Below, in pieces: positions 19,487-29,212 of a stretch of DNA of 64,000 nt. The first letter of the stretch is position 1. The number at the start of each line of letters is the position of its first letter. The stretch is from Armatimonadota bacterium (GTDB taxonomy: Bacteria; Armatimonadota; SYMT01), in the NCBI GenBank assembly GCA_041690135.1, contig JAWLHY010000004.1, positions 320,001-384,000 on the forward strand, given 5' to 3'. The position numbers were made by a program, and so were the translations under genes. The notes below the pieces were generated by a model. The model worked only from the letters and a program-made list of their open reading frames with translations. It had not been told where the DNA came from and did no database searches.

Positions 19487-20341
19487 ATGGAAAACCTCCC
19501 CATCATTGATACGCACCAGCACCTGTGGGACCTGACGAAGTTCCGTCTCCACTGGCTCGCCGGAAACCCCAAACTGAACCGCAGCTTCCTGATGGGGGAC
19601 TACTACACGGCGACGGAAGGCCTCAACGTCGTCAAGACTATCTACATGGAGGTCGACGTCGATCCGGCGCAGCAGGACGAGGAGGCGGAGTACGTGATCG
19701 AGCTCTGCCGCCGCGACGACAACCCGATGGCGAAGGCGGTGATCTCGGGACGGCCGGGCACCGATGGCTTCCGGCCCTACATCACTCGCTATGCGGAGAG
19801 CCCGTACATCCAGGGAGTCCGGCAGGTGCTGCACGGGTCCGCCCCTCCCGGCCACTGTCTTCAACCGGAGTTCGTGCGCGACATCCGCCTGCTGGGGGAG
19901 CTAGGCCTGAGTTACGACCTCTGCCTGCGCGCCGCGGAGCTCGCGGATGGCGCGCGGCTGGTCGAGGCCTGCCCGGGCACCCGGTTCGTCCTCGACCACT
20001 GCGGCAACGCCAACGTGCAGGCCCCGGATCGGAGTCAATGGGCGCGCGACCTCGCCGCCATCGCGGCCCGCCCCAACGTGATCTGCAAGGTCTCCGGAAT
20101 CGTCGCCTCCGCCCATCCGGAGAACTGGACGGCCGCGGACCTGGAACCGATCGTCAACCACGTGCTGGACGCATTCGGACCAGACCGCGTGGTCTTCGGC
20201 GGCGACTGGCCGGTCTGCACCCGCGCGGCAACCTTCCGCCAGTGGGTGGAGGCCCTGCGCTGGATCGTCCGGGACCGTGACGAGGAAGAGCAGCGGAAGT
20301 TGTTCCACGATAATGCGGCCCGGTTTTACAGGTTGACTTGA
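19487..20341 (+). CDS. Amidohydrolase_2 family (L-fuconolactonase-like)
   Basis: DTHQHLW, VLDHCG, CKVSG, FGGDWP. Confidence 0.9.
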   Translation: MENLPIIDTHQHLWDLTKFRLHWLAGNPKLNRSFLMGDYYTATEGLNVVKTIYMEVDVDPAQQDEEAEYVIELCRRDDNPMAKAVISGRPGTDGFRPYITRYAESPYIQGVRQVLHGSAPPGHCLQPEFVRDIRLLGELGLSYDLCLRAAELADGARLVEACPGTRFVLDHCGNANVQAPDRSQWARDLAAIAARPNVICKVSGIVASAHPENWTAADLEPIVNHVLDAFGPDRVVFGGDWPVCTRAATFRQWVEALRWIVRDRDEEEQRKLFHDNAARFYRLT

Positions 20342-20468
20342 CACCGGGCGGCTGGGCGGCCGACTATTCAACTGATAGGAGCCTCTTTGCCCGCTCTCCC
20401 GGCGGATCGGAACTTGGATAGATCCGGATGGGCGTGGGCTTCTTCGGGCTCCGTTAAGGAGAGTAGTC

Positions 20469-21182
20469 ATGTTGCGAAAAGCCCTGGCAGCGCTCGCCGT
20501 AATGGCGGGGCTGCTGGCCGTACCGGCCCACGCCCAGGACGAACGACCCAGCCTGCTCGGCGGCGGCTCCGCAGTACCGAACTTCTTCGGCACCACCGGT
20601 CTGCTAACCACCCCCACCGCCTACACCGTGGGAGATAAGGGCGTATCCGCCCACGCCTACTTCGGCGACGACGCCAATTCCTACGGGTTCCTGGTGGGCC
20701 CCTTCAATCGCCTCGAGATCGGCGGCACCTTCCTCGACTTCGATGGCGGTCTGGACGAAGAGTTCATCCTGAACGCGAAATTCAGCCTGCTGCAGGAGAA
20801 CTTCGCGCTTCCGGGCATCGCCGTGGGTGTGACCGACGCCTTCGACGAGTTGAACGCCGACCCGAGCTGGTACGTTGTGGCCAGCAAGGACCTCAGCCGG
20901 ACCATTCCGCTGGGACTGATTCAGTGGAAGCTCAACTTCGGCTACGGCGGCGGCATCTACGACGATGAAATCTTCGCTGGCGCGGAGTTCAACATCGGCA
21001 CCCCGCTCGACGTCATCCCCGTCACCCGGCCGACGTTCAGCTTCATCGCCGAGTACGCCAACGACGACGTGAACCTCGGTCTCCGGGGCCGCTGGCGCGG
21101 TTTCGCCGCCACCGTCGGCTTCCTGGACTTCGACGACGTCTTCGGCGGCGTCAGCTACACCACCGGCCTGCGCCTGCGGTAA
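20469..21182 (+). CDS. YjbH-domain outer-membrane beta-barrel protein
   Basis: Signal peptide, FGTTGLLTTPTA motif, aromatic beta strands. Confidence 0.75.
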   Translation: MLRKALAALAVMAGLLAVPAHAQDERPSLLGGGSAVPNFFGTTGLLTTPTAYTVGDKGVSAHAYFGDDANSYGFLVGPFNRLEIGGTFLDFDGGLDEEFILNAKFSLLQENFALPGIAVGVTDAFDELNADPSWYVVASKDLSRTIPLGLIQWKLNFGYGGGIYDDEIFAGAEFNIGTPLDVIPVTRPTFSFIAEYANDDVNLGLRGRWRGFAATVGFLDFDDVFGGVSYTTGLRLR

Positions 21183-21340
21183 GCAAGAGCACGGGGGGTG
21201 GGGACCAATCATTTTCTCGGATCGTGATCGCTATCGTGATCGTGATCGGTCCCCACCCCATTCCCCAATCGCTCCGCCACCTAACCGGTTCCCTCACCAC
21301 CTGCCTTGACCCGGAAGGCGGGTATCGCCATCATAGCGGT

Positions 21341-22102
21341 ATGCGCGCGGCCTACAAGTTTCGTGGGGAGACCCACGCCTGCGCCTATCTCCCGGACCAG
21401 TTGTGCACGCTGGAGTACACGGTTCCGTACGAGATAAGCGGCCAGGAGTACGAGGACCTGATGAACCGGGGATACCGCAAGTTCGGCCGGTTCCTCTTTC
21501 GCCCGGTCTGCGCGGCCTGTTCCGCCTGCCGCCCCATCCGAATTCCGGTGGCGGAGTTCCGCCCGGACCGCAGCCAGCGGCGCGCCTGGAAGCGGAACGA
21601 GCACCTGGAGGTCCGCTACGCCCGTCCCGGTCTCGACGACCAGCGCCTCGATCTTTACCGCCGGTATCACGCCGCCCAGGCGAACCGGAAGGGCTGGCCG
21701 GAGACGGAAAAGGAAGCGGAAGACTACGCGACCAGTTTCGTCGACAGCCCGATCCCTTCGGTGGAGATCTCGCTCTGGGAGGAGGACCGCCTCCGCGCCG
21801 TCGTGCTGACGGACGTAACGCCGAACGTAGTCTCCGGCGTGTACCACTTCTACGACCCGGAGCTCTATCCGCAAAGCGTGGGCACCTATTGTATGCTCCA
21901 GACCCTGGAACTCGCCCGTCGCCTCAACCGGAAGTGGGCCTACTTCGGCTTCTACGTGGCCGGGTGCGGCAGCCTGGAGTACAAGGCCCGCTTCCACCCC
22001 TGCGAGGTTATGGACGAGCGGGGGCATTGGCATCCGTTCGCGCGCGAAGCTTCCCGAGCCCCAGGAACGGGTGGAGTGGGAGAGTTCGGGGAGCCGGAGT
22101 AA
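21341..22102 (+). CDS. bpt: Arginyl-tRNA-protein transferase-like / Asp/Glu leucyltransferase (Ate/Bpt)
   Basis: CAYLP, GYRKFG, CxxCxxC, YHFYDP, YFGFYV..YKARF. Confidence 0.88.
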   Translation: MRAAYKFRGETHACAYLPDQLCTLEYTVPYEISGQEYEDLMNRGYRKFGRFLFRPVCAACSACRPIRIPVAEFRPDRSQRRAWKRNEHLEVRYARPGLDDQRLDLYRRYHAAQANRKGWPETEKEAEDYATSFVDSPIPSVEISLWEEDRLRAVVLTDVTPNVVSGVYHFYDPELYPQSVGTYCMLQTLELARRLNRKWAYFGFYVAGCGSLEYKARFHPCEVMDERGHWHPFAREASRAPGTGGVGEFGEPE

Positions 22103-22146
22103 GAGTAGGAGTAGGAGTAAGAGTAAGAAGCGGAGGACCCAAGGTT

Positions 22147-22714
22147 AGTCCGGTTCCCCTTGCAACCACCCTACCCGAACCCGGACTGGTGTCGGGGCAA
22201 GCATCTGAATAATTCTTGCTCTCGTGGCAAGAACCTGTTTCTCCACTCAGGGCAGCGAGCCTTGCCGGAGTGCCGGCGCTTGCGCGGCCTCCATGGGGTG
22301 TACCGTACCTGCCCAGTCACTTGCACACACTCCCTCAGTCCGGTTCCCCTTGCGACCGCCGTACCCGAACCCGGACTGGCGTCCAGACTCCCCTCTCGAA
22401 CCACAACGGGTTCGGAGACTTCAGACAAGCACACGTTCCGTGGTGCTTGTTCTGGATACGCACCTACTCGCAGCGCGGGATGGGAGTCCCGACGCTAGTC
22501 GGGTTCCCCTTGCGACCGCCGTACCCGAACCCGGACTTGCGTCCAGACTCCCTTCTCGGGACTCGGTAGGCTCGGAGACGCTGGATAGGTTCCCGTTTCG
22601 TGGGTATCGCCTGTGGATAGGCAGTCGTACTCAGTGCGGGATGGGAGTCCGGACGAAGTCCGGTTTCCCTTGCGACTACCGTATCCGAAACCCGGACTGC
22701 CGTCCGGACTCCCC
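22147..22714. repeat. Array of four ~41-nt hairpin repeats separated by 120-150 nt structured cassettes
   Basis: agtccggttccccttgcgaccgccgtacccgaacccggact-like units at 22147, 22337, 22497, 22657 (periods 190/160/160). Confidence 0.9.
22189..22330 (-). ncRNA. Candidate structured RNA/MITE, copy 1
   Basis: Shares aagcatctga, cctgtttctccac, cttgccggagtg, cggcctccatggggtgtaccgtacctgc with 55413-55579. Confidence 0.55.
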
Positions 22715-22756
22715 TCACCAACTCAGACCGGTTCGGTATCCCAGGCTAAGGCCACG

Positions 22757-23872
22757 CTACTTCGAACCGGGGCTGAATTGAGGATCCACACCCTCGCCGA
22801 TTTCTTTCGGGGCGGGGACCAGGACTTCGTAGTCGGCGAGACGGCGGAGCAAGTCCGGGCCAACGAACACCCGCTCCTTCTTCACGACCTCCCCCACCAC
22901 CGTCTGGTTCGGGCGGCCGTTGAAGTGTGGGAGGATCCGGAACAGGGCGCTGGAGAGCGAAAGAGGATCGGAGGGACGGTAAGTGCGAACCAGCGTGCGC
23001 TCGCCGTTCGCTTCCAGGATGGTGAACGAGCCCATCACCAGCGGATCGGGCACGGCATCGGACATCAGGGAGGCGTGGGCTTCTTCCACCATCCGCGCAA
23101 GGCCGCAACCCATCGGCTGGACGATTCGCAGTACCTCGTCCCACGTCAAAGCGGCCACCCGTTCCGCGCATGCCTGGAAGAACTCCTCTTCCCGGCCGTA
23201 CCAGGAGCCCCAAACCCGCTGGTAGAGTTGCGGGTCCACGCTTCCTTCCAGTTCGGAGAGGTCGAGTTTGGCCTGTGACTGCACCCGGTCCCGCAACTCC
23301 AGGAGCGTCCGGACGGCCTCGGCTCCGGGGTCCATCTCCAGGGCGGCCCACCAGGAGAGATCCGTCTCAACTACCGAGAGCAGGGCCTCCAGCGCCTTCC
23401 AGAACCGCTCGCCCACGGCGCCCCGGTTGAACTTGCAGAACCAGGTGCTGCAAACTCCGTTGCGGTGGCGCCAGATGCCGCAGCCGCCCGTCTCGGAAAC
23501 AAAGTGGGGGCAGAGCAGGTGGAGGCTCTGCCCGAATCCGAGACTGTGGTCGTAGAGCAGACCATACCGGCGCGAGGGCTGGATCCCGAGGGGGGTAACC
23601 CCGTCCCCCGCCCGCAACCGCGCGAGCGTCGTCTCCCGACCGCGGGCAGTGACCAAGTCTTTGTCCCGGAGGATCGCGCCGACGGTGAAGTTCGGCAGCA
23701 AGGGCAGATAGCTACAGCACTTCACCCCCGGGTGGAACTGGCCACCGGAGAAGGCCGTCCCCGCATCACCCTCATCCACCATCGCGCAGTTGTGGCACGT
23801 AGCCTGGGCCTCTTCCGCGATGGGGCCCGGTAGGCATGCCTCCATCCAACGGGCATAGAGAGGAGGGAGCAT
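22757..23872 (-). CDS. Cys-rich hypothetical protein (CxxCxxCC/YkgJ-like metal cluster)
   Basis: CHNC..KCC..CPHF..GCGIWRHRNGVCSTWFC. Confidence 0.8.
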   Translation of the reverse strand: MLPPLYARWMEACLPGPIAEEAQATCHNCAMVDEGDAGTAFSGGQFHPGVKCCSYLPLLPNFTVGAILRDKDLVTARGRETTLARLRAGDGVTPLGIQPSRRYGLLYDHSLGFGQSLHLLCPHFVSETGGCGIWRHRNGVCSTWFCKFNRGAVGERFWKALEALLSVVETDLSWWAALEMDPGAEAVRTLLELRDRVQSQAKLDLSELEGSVDPQLYQRVWGSWYGREEEFFQACAERVAALTWDEVLRIVQPMGCGLARMVEEAHASLMSDAVPDPLVMGSFTILEANGERTLVRTYRPSDPLSLSSALFRILPHFNGRPNQTVVGEVVKKERVFVGPDLLRRLADYEVLVPAPKEIGEGVDPQFSPGSK

Positions 23873-24290
23873 CGCTCAGTCGTCCTCGGGCCACCTCGCG
23901 TCCCGTACGCGCTCGTGGTATGCCGCCCGGTGCGTGGTTTGGGTGGAAACGTTCCCAACGGCAAGTGGAAGTGGTTCGGGCGCACTCAAGCTAGAACGGT
24001 ATGTGCACAAATCAAAGACCTTCAAGCATCCTGACACCAGCCACTCTCAATTTATAATATTCATGTCGTTGCAATCTTAATCACCAATCATCCCATTGGC
24101 GTACCCCTTCTCAACCGACCTGGGGTCGGCCAAGTATGGAAAAAACGTGGCACGCGTACCACGCGGGCTCATAGCCGCCGTCTTGCGTCCGTTCCTGCCT
24201 TTGCGTTAACGCAGCAGACGAACCCGACCGCAAACTGCGACTGAGCCTGCGCCGGACGCGGCACCCTTTGGCGCGGATGAGGACGGGCCT

Positions 24291-26282
24291 ATGTGTGGAG
24301 TTGCCGGTTTTCACGGTCTTGTGCAGAGTGACGCAGAAGCCCGATCCATCCTCGACCGGATGCTCTCCGTGATCCGCCACCGCGGCCCGGACGGCGTGGG
24401 CATGTTCGTCGACCAGGACGTCGGGTTGGGGCATGTGCGCTTGAGCATCATCGATCTCGAACGTGGACACCAACCCATGACCAATGAGGATGGAACCGTC
24501 TGGGTGACGTTTAGCGGGGAGATCTTCAACTATCCTGAATTAAGGGAAGGACTGATCCAACGTGGGCACACCTTCCGCACGGCAACGGACACCGAAGTCA
24601 TCCTCCATCTCTACGAAGAACGCGGCCCCGCATGTGTGGAAGCGTTCAACGGTGATTTTGCTTTTGCTCTCTGGGACCAGCGTCACCGCCGCCTCATGCT
24701 CGCGAGAGACCGCATGGGAGTGCGCCCCCTTTACTACACCCGGCACGGCGGAGCGCTGCTTTTTGCTTCGGAGATCAAAGCTCTGCTTCAGGTGCCCGGC
24801 ATTTCGGCGGAGATCGATCCCATCGCCCTGGATCAGATCTTCACGTTCTGGTGTCCGGTCGCTCCTCGCACTGCATTCCGCGGCATCCATGAGCTGCCGC
24901 CGGGACATCTGCTGATTGCCGAACGGGAGAGGCTCCTCACGAGACCCTACTGGCGCCTGGAGTTTCCGGACCGGGGGGAACCCCTGGGCTTCCCGGGAGA
25001 CGAAGAAACCGCCGCCGCGGAGCTGCGAGCTCTCCTGCTGGACGCGACCCGCATCCGGCTTCGGGCGGACGTCGCGGTCGGCGCCTATCTCAGCGGGGGC
25101 ATCGATTCCTCTGCCGTCGTCGCCCTCACCCGCCACTGCACCGCGGGTCGGCTCCGCACCTTCTCCATCGGCTTCGACGACCCGGAGTTGGATGAGTCCA
25201 TGCATCAAGAAACCATGGTGAAGACGCTGGACACCGAGCATGAAGCGGTGCGCTTCCAAGATTCCGATATCGCCGGCGCATTTCCACAGGTGATCTATCA
25301 TGCCGAACGCCCCGTTCTACGATCGGCGCCGGCGCCCTTACTGCACCTCGCCCGCAAAGTGGAGCAGTGCGGATACCGGGTGGTACTCACCGGAGAGGGC
25401 GCCGATGAAGCCCTGGCCGGCTATGGCATCTTCAAAGAGGCGAAGGTGAGGCAATACTGGGCGCGGGAGCCCGCGTCCTCGCGCCGCCCCCGGCTGCTCC
25501 GCCGACTCTACTCCTACCTGCCGGACCTGCAAGCCCAGCCGCAGCCCTACCTGGAAGCGTTCTTCCGCGTAGGTCTGGAGCAACCGGAAGATCTGTTGTT
25601 CTCCCACCTACCTCGTTGGGTGATGACTTCGCGCATCAAGAGGTTCTTCTCCGAAGATCTGCGCCGAAGCCTCGCCGGGTATGACGTGCTGGAGGACGCG
25701 CGTGCCGGCCTCCCACCGGAAATGGTCCGCTGGCACCCACTCTCCCGGGCGCAGTACCTGGAAACAACTATCCTTCTGCCGGGGTACATCCTCTCTTCCC
25801 AGGGAGACCGCGTCGCCATGGCCCATGCCGTCGAAGGACGGTTTCCCTTCCTGGACCACCGCCTGTTCGAGTTCTCCGCCCGGCTCCCTCCCCGTCTGAA
25901 GCTCAAGGTCCTGACGGAGAAATACCTGTTCCGCCGGAGCATGCGATTCGAACTGCCTCCCGCGATCACTTCCCGTCCTAAACAGCCCTATCGAGCACCG
26001 GATTGTCGGAGCTTCCTCGGTTCGGCAAGACCGGACTACGTGGACGCGCTGCTCTCGCGCGAGGCGATCTCCCAGTCCGGCTACTTCGATCCGGATGCCG
26101 TCGAAAAACTGACTCGCAAGTGTCGCGTACAGCCCGCAATCACCAACCGGGACAGCATGGCTCTCATCGGGATCCTTTCCGTGCAATTGCTGGACCACCT
26201 CTACGTACGGCGGGCGGGCGGAAGGCAGCAACCCTTCCTATCCACTTTCCGGGACCTTTCTCCGAGACACCGAGGAGATTGA
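24291..26282 (+). CDS. asnB: Asparagine synthase (glutamine-hydrolysing) family amidotransferase
   Basis: N-terminal MCG, HRGPD, RLSIID, LSGGIDSS, TGEGADE, RFPFLD. Confidence 0.95.
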   Translation: MCGVAGFHGLVQSDAEARSILDRMLSVIRHRGPDGVGMFVDQDVGLGHVRLSIIDLERGHQPMTNEDGTVWVTFSGEIFNYPELREGLIQRGHTFRTATDTEVILHLYEERGPACVEAFNGDFAFALWDQRHRRLMLARDRMGVRPLYYTRHGGALLFASEIKALLQVPGISAEIDPIALDQIFTFWCPVAPRTAFRGIHELPPGHLLIAERERLLTRPYWRLEFPDRGEPLGFPGDEETAAAELRALLLDATRIRLRADVAVGAYLSGGIDSSAVVALTRHCTAGRLRTFSIGFDDPELDESMHQETMVKTLDTEHEAVRFQDSDIAGAFPQVIYHAERPVLRSAPAPLLHLARKVEQCGYRVVLTGEGADEALAGYGIFKEAKVRQYWAREPASSRRPRLLRRLYSYLPDLQAQPQPYLEAFFRVGLEQPEDLLFSHLPRWVMTSRIKRFFSEDLRRSLAGYDVLEDARAGLPPEMVRWHPLSRAQYLETTILLPGYILSSQGDRVAMAHAVEGRFPFLDHRLFEFSARLPPRLKLKVLTEKYLFRRSMRFELPPAITSRPKQPYRAPDCRSFLGSARPDYVDALLSREAISQSGYFDPDAVEKLTRKCRVQPAITNRDSMALIGILSVQLLDHLYVRRAGGRQQPFLSTFRDLSPRHRGD

Positions 26283-26294
26283 AGGAGCAAGCCT

Positions 26295-26573
26295 ATGTAC
26301 ACGGAGATCGAAAAGCATGTGCGCACATTCATTGCCCAAAGCTTCCTCTATCAGGAGGAGCTGACTTTCGGAGATGAGGAGTCGCTGCTGGCGCAAGGGG
26401 TCGTGGACTCAATGGGAGTGCTGGAACTGGTGACGTTCCTCGAGGATACCTTCCGGATCAAAGTTGCGGATGAAGAGCTCCTGCCCGACAATCTCGACTC
26501 CGTCCGGCAACTCACAGCGTTCGTACAGAGGAAGTTGGAAGCGCAGAACCCGGGAGGCATCTATGCGAGTTGA
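26295..26573 (+). CDS. Acyl carrier protein
   Basis: 92 aa acidic protein with GVVDSMG phosphopantetheine motif. Confidence 0.92.
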   Translation: MYTEIEKHVRTFIAQSFLYQEELTFGDEESLLAQGVVDSMGVLELVTFLEDTFRIKVADEELLPDNLDSVRQLTAFVQRKLEAQNPGGIYAS

Positions 26574-28119
26574 GCACTTCCTCTCCCGCAGCGCGCGGGA
26601 GTGGCCCTGCAAAGTGGCATTGATTACCGGCGAAGGACGCTGGACCTACGCGGAACTGGAGGCTATGTCAAACCAGGTGGCGCACGGCCTGACCCATCTG
26701 GGAGTAAACCGCGGCGATCGCGTGGTGCTATGCCTGGAGAACTCTGTGACGGCCGTGGTCAGCCTGTTTGGGGTACTCAAGAGCGGGGGCGTGGCCAGCC
26801 TGATCCATCCCACAACCAAAACCAGAAAACTCTCCTATATTCTTGATCACAGCGACGCCAGGGTCGTTATCACCCAGGCCTCGCTCCTGCCCATCGTCCG
26901 CCCGGCCACGCGGGCAATCCCCTCGGTGATCGCTACGCTCGTAGCGGGAGGGACCCGGGACGGAGGCGCGGACGAACGGCCGCTGGACGTCCTCATGCAG
27001 GGTGCGTCGTGCGCCCCGCATGAGTCGGGAGGGATCGAGACGGATCTGGCGTTCCTGATCTACACTTCCGGGTCGACGGGCACCCCGAAGGGGGTGATGA
27101 TGACCCACCGGAATGTGCTCTCCGCCTCGACCTCCATCACGGAGTACCTTGAGAATCGATCCGAGGACGTGATCTTCTGCGCCCTGCCGCTCTCCTTCGA
27201 TTACGGTCTCTACCAGATCCTGATGGCATTTCAAGTAGGCGGCACGGTGGTTCTGGAAAAGTCATTCACCTATCCCCAATCCGCGTTGAAGCGGCTAGCG
27301 GAAGAGCAGGTGACCGGGTTTCCGCTGGTCCCCACGATGGCCGCCGTGTTGCTAGGCCTGAAGGGACTGGTCCCCGGTCGCTTCCCACATCTCCGCTACC
27401 TCACCAACACTGCGGCGGCATTGCCGCCCTCCCACATCGCACGGCTGCAGGAGCTTTTTCCCACCACCCGCATCTACTCGATGTACGGGCTCACCGAGTG
27501 CAAGCGCTGCACCTACCTTCCGCCTGAGCAGATCTCTCTACGACCGGAGTCCGTGGGCAAGGCAATTCCCAACACCGAGGTGTACATCCTGGACGAGCAG
27601 GGGAACCGGGTGGGTCCCGGTGAGATCGGCGAACTGGTCGTGCGGGGCCCACACGTCATGCAGGGCTACTGGAAAGATCCCGAAGCCACGGCCCAGGTGC
27701 TGCGGCCAGGCGACCACCCCTGGGAGCGGGTCCTCCACACGGGAGATCTCTTCCGGATGGATGAAGAGGGCTACCTCTACTTCGTCGGCCGCCGGGATGA
27801 CATCATCAAGACGCGGGGCGAGAAAGTGAGCCCAAAGGAGATCGAGAACGTGCTCTACTCACTACCCGGAGTACGGGAAGCCGCCGTCGTTGGGCTTCCG
27901 GATCCGATCTTGGGCCAGAAAATCCAGGCCATCGTCGTACCGGAGGACGGCGCCACACTTTCGGAGCGGGACATAGTCCTGGGCTGCGCCGCCCACCTCG
28001 AGAGCTTTATGGTCCCTCAGATCGTGGAATTCCGGGCGGAGCTGCCCAAGACGGATTCGGGTAAGATCCGCAAAGGCGTCGCTTGCCTGTGTAGTGAAGG
28101 GGGTTCTCGGGATGGATGA
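26563..28119 (+). CDS. AMP-forming acyl-CoA/acyl-ACP ligase (ANL family)
   Basis: YTSGSTGTPKG, MYGLTE, TGD, LPKTDSGK. Confidence 0.93.
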   Translation: MRVEHFLSRSAREWPCKVALITGEGRWTYAELEAMSNQVAHGLTHLGVNRGDRVVLCLENSVTAVVSLFGVLKSGGVASLIHPTTKTRKLSYILDHSDARVVITQASLLPIVRPATRAIPSVIATLVAGGTRDGGADERPLDVLMQGASCAPHESGGIETDLAFLIYTSGSTGTPKGVMMTHRNVLSASTSITEYLENRSEDVIFCALPLSFDYGLYQILMAFQVGGTVVLEKSFTYPQSALKRLAEEQVTGFPLVPTMAAVLLGLKGLVPGRFPHLRYLTNTAAALPPSHIARLQELFPTTRIYSMYGLTECKRCTYLPPEQISLRPESVGKAIPNTEVYILDEQGNRVGPGEIGELVVRGPHVMQGYWKDPEATAQVLRPGDHPWERVLHTGDLFRMDEEGYLYFVGRRDDIIKTRGEKVSPKEIENVLYSLPGVREAAVVGLPDPILGQKIQAIVVPEDGATLSERDIVLGCAAHLESFMVPQIVEFRAELPKTDSGKIRKGVACLCSEGGSRDG

Positions 28120-29212
28120 CGCGCAACACCTTTCCTGGGACGTGCTTCACCTGGACGCGGCGGCCGAAGCGCGGCGCATCGCGGACGCCGTCCGCGACCA
28201 GGTTCTGCTCCGGCTCCGGCGGCGCGGAGTCGTGGTCGGGCTCTCCGGCGGAATCGACAGCAGCGTTGTTGCCGCGTTGTGTGCCCGTGCACTGGGTCCC
28301 GAGCGCGTGTTGGGCATCCTGATGCCGGAAGAGGACTCGGACCCCGCGAGCCTGCGGCTGGGCCGCCGGGTGGCGGAAATGCTGGGGATCGAAGCGGTTC
28401 TGGAGGATCTGACGCCCGTCCTGAAAGCCGCGGGCTGTTACTCGCGCCGCGACGCCGCTATCCGGCAGGTGATCCCCGGCTACGGCCCCGGGTACCGGTG
28501 CAAGCTAGTGCTACCCGGTCTACAGGCAACCTCCGGCTATAACCTGTTCTCGCTGGTGGTGGAGTCGCCGGAGGGCAACCGGCAGCGGATGCGCCTCCCA
28601 CTCCAGGTTTACCGAGAGCTGGTGGCCGCCACCAATATGAAACAGCGAGCGCGGAAGCAAACGGAGTACTACCACGCCGATCGGCTGCACTACGCCGTGG
28701 CAGGGACCCCCAACCGCCTGGAGTACGACCAGGGCTTCTTCGTTAAGAACGGGGACGGTGCGGCCGACCTGAAGCCGATTGCGCACCTGTATAAGTCCCA
28801 GGTGTACCAGCTAGCGGAGGTGCTGGACGTTCCCGAAGAAGTCCGCAGCCGCCCTCCGAGCACGGACACCTTTCCCCTGGCCCAGACTCAGGAAGAGTTC
28901 TACTTCCCCCTCCCCTACGATCAGATGGATCTCTGCCTGTACGCGCTCAACCACGGTTTCGCCTCCGATGCCGTGGCCACGCTGCTGAAGCTGCGACCGG
29001 AACAGGTGGAACAGGTGTACGGCGATATTACCCGAAGAAGACAGACCACACGTTACCAGCATGCGTCCCCGCTCCTCGTCGAGCCGGTGCCTGAAATCTG
29101 CTCCTCTCCGGAGGCGGGGACGCCGGAGGATAGGATCAGTGACCGTTTACCAGGTGATTTCCGCCGACCCGGATCGCGACCGGGCAGCCATCGTATCGGT
29201 GTGGGAGCGTAA
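28112..29212 (+). CDS. nadE: NH3-dependent NAD synthetase-like (NadE family) protein
   Basis: SGGIDS PP-loop, NMKQRAR, GFFVKNGDG, HLYKSQVY. Confidence 0.88.
   Translation: MDDAQHLSWDVLHLDAAAEARRIADAVRDQVLLRLRRRGVVVGLSGGIDSSVVAALCARALGPERVLGILMPEEDSDPASLRLGRRVAEMLGIEAVLEDLTPVLKAAGCYSRRDAAIRQVIPGYGPGYRCKLVLPGLQATSGYNLFSLVVESPEGNRQRMRLPLQVYRELVAATNMKQRARKQTEYYHADRLHYAVAGTPNRLEYDQGFFVKNGDGAADLKPIAHLYKSQVYQLAEVLDVPEEVRSRPPSTDTFPLAQTQEEFYFPLPYDQMDLCLYALNHGFASDAVATLLKLRPEQVEQVYGDITRRRQTTRYQHASPLLVEPVPEICSSPEAGTPEDRISDRLPGDFRRPGSRPGSHRIGVGA

Noticed and set aside
22360-22377. c-di-AMP (ydaO) riboswitch, from cccgaacccg
   Set aside because: The other conserved parts (GCTGAA, GTCAGCTAAC) are absent and it is not in a leader position
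22147-22714. Canonical CRISPR array
   Set aside because: Spacers are 120-150 nt, two are homologous to each other, and no cas genes are present
23876-23990. 37-aa minus-strand ORF as a RiPP/lasso precursor for the AsnB-like enzyme
   Set aside because: No clear RBS, no lasso peptidase or RRE; AsnB has a full glutaminase domain and an ACP partner
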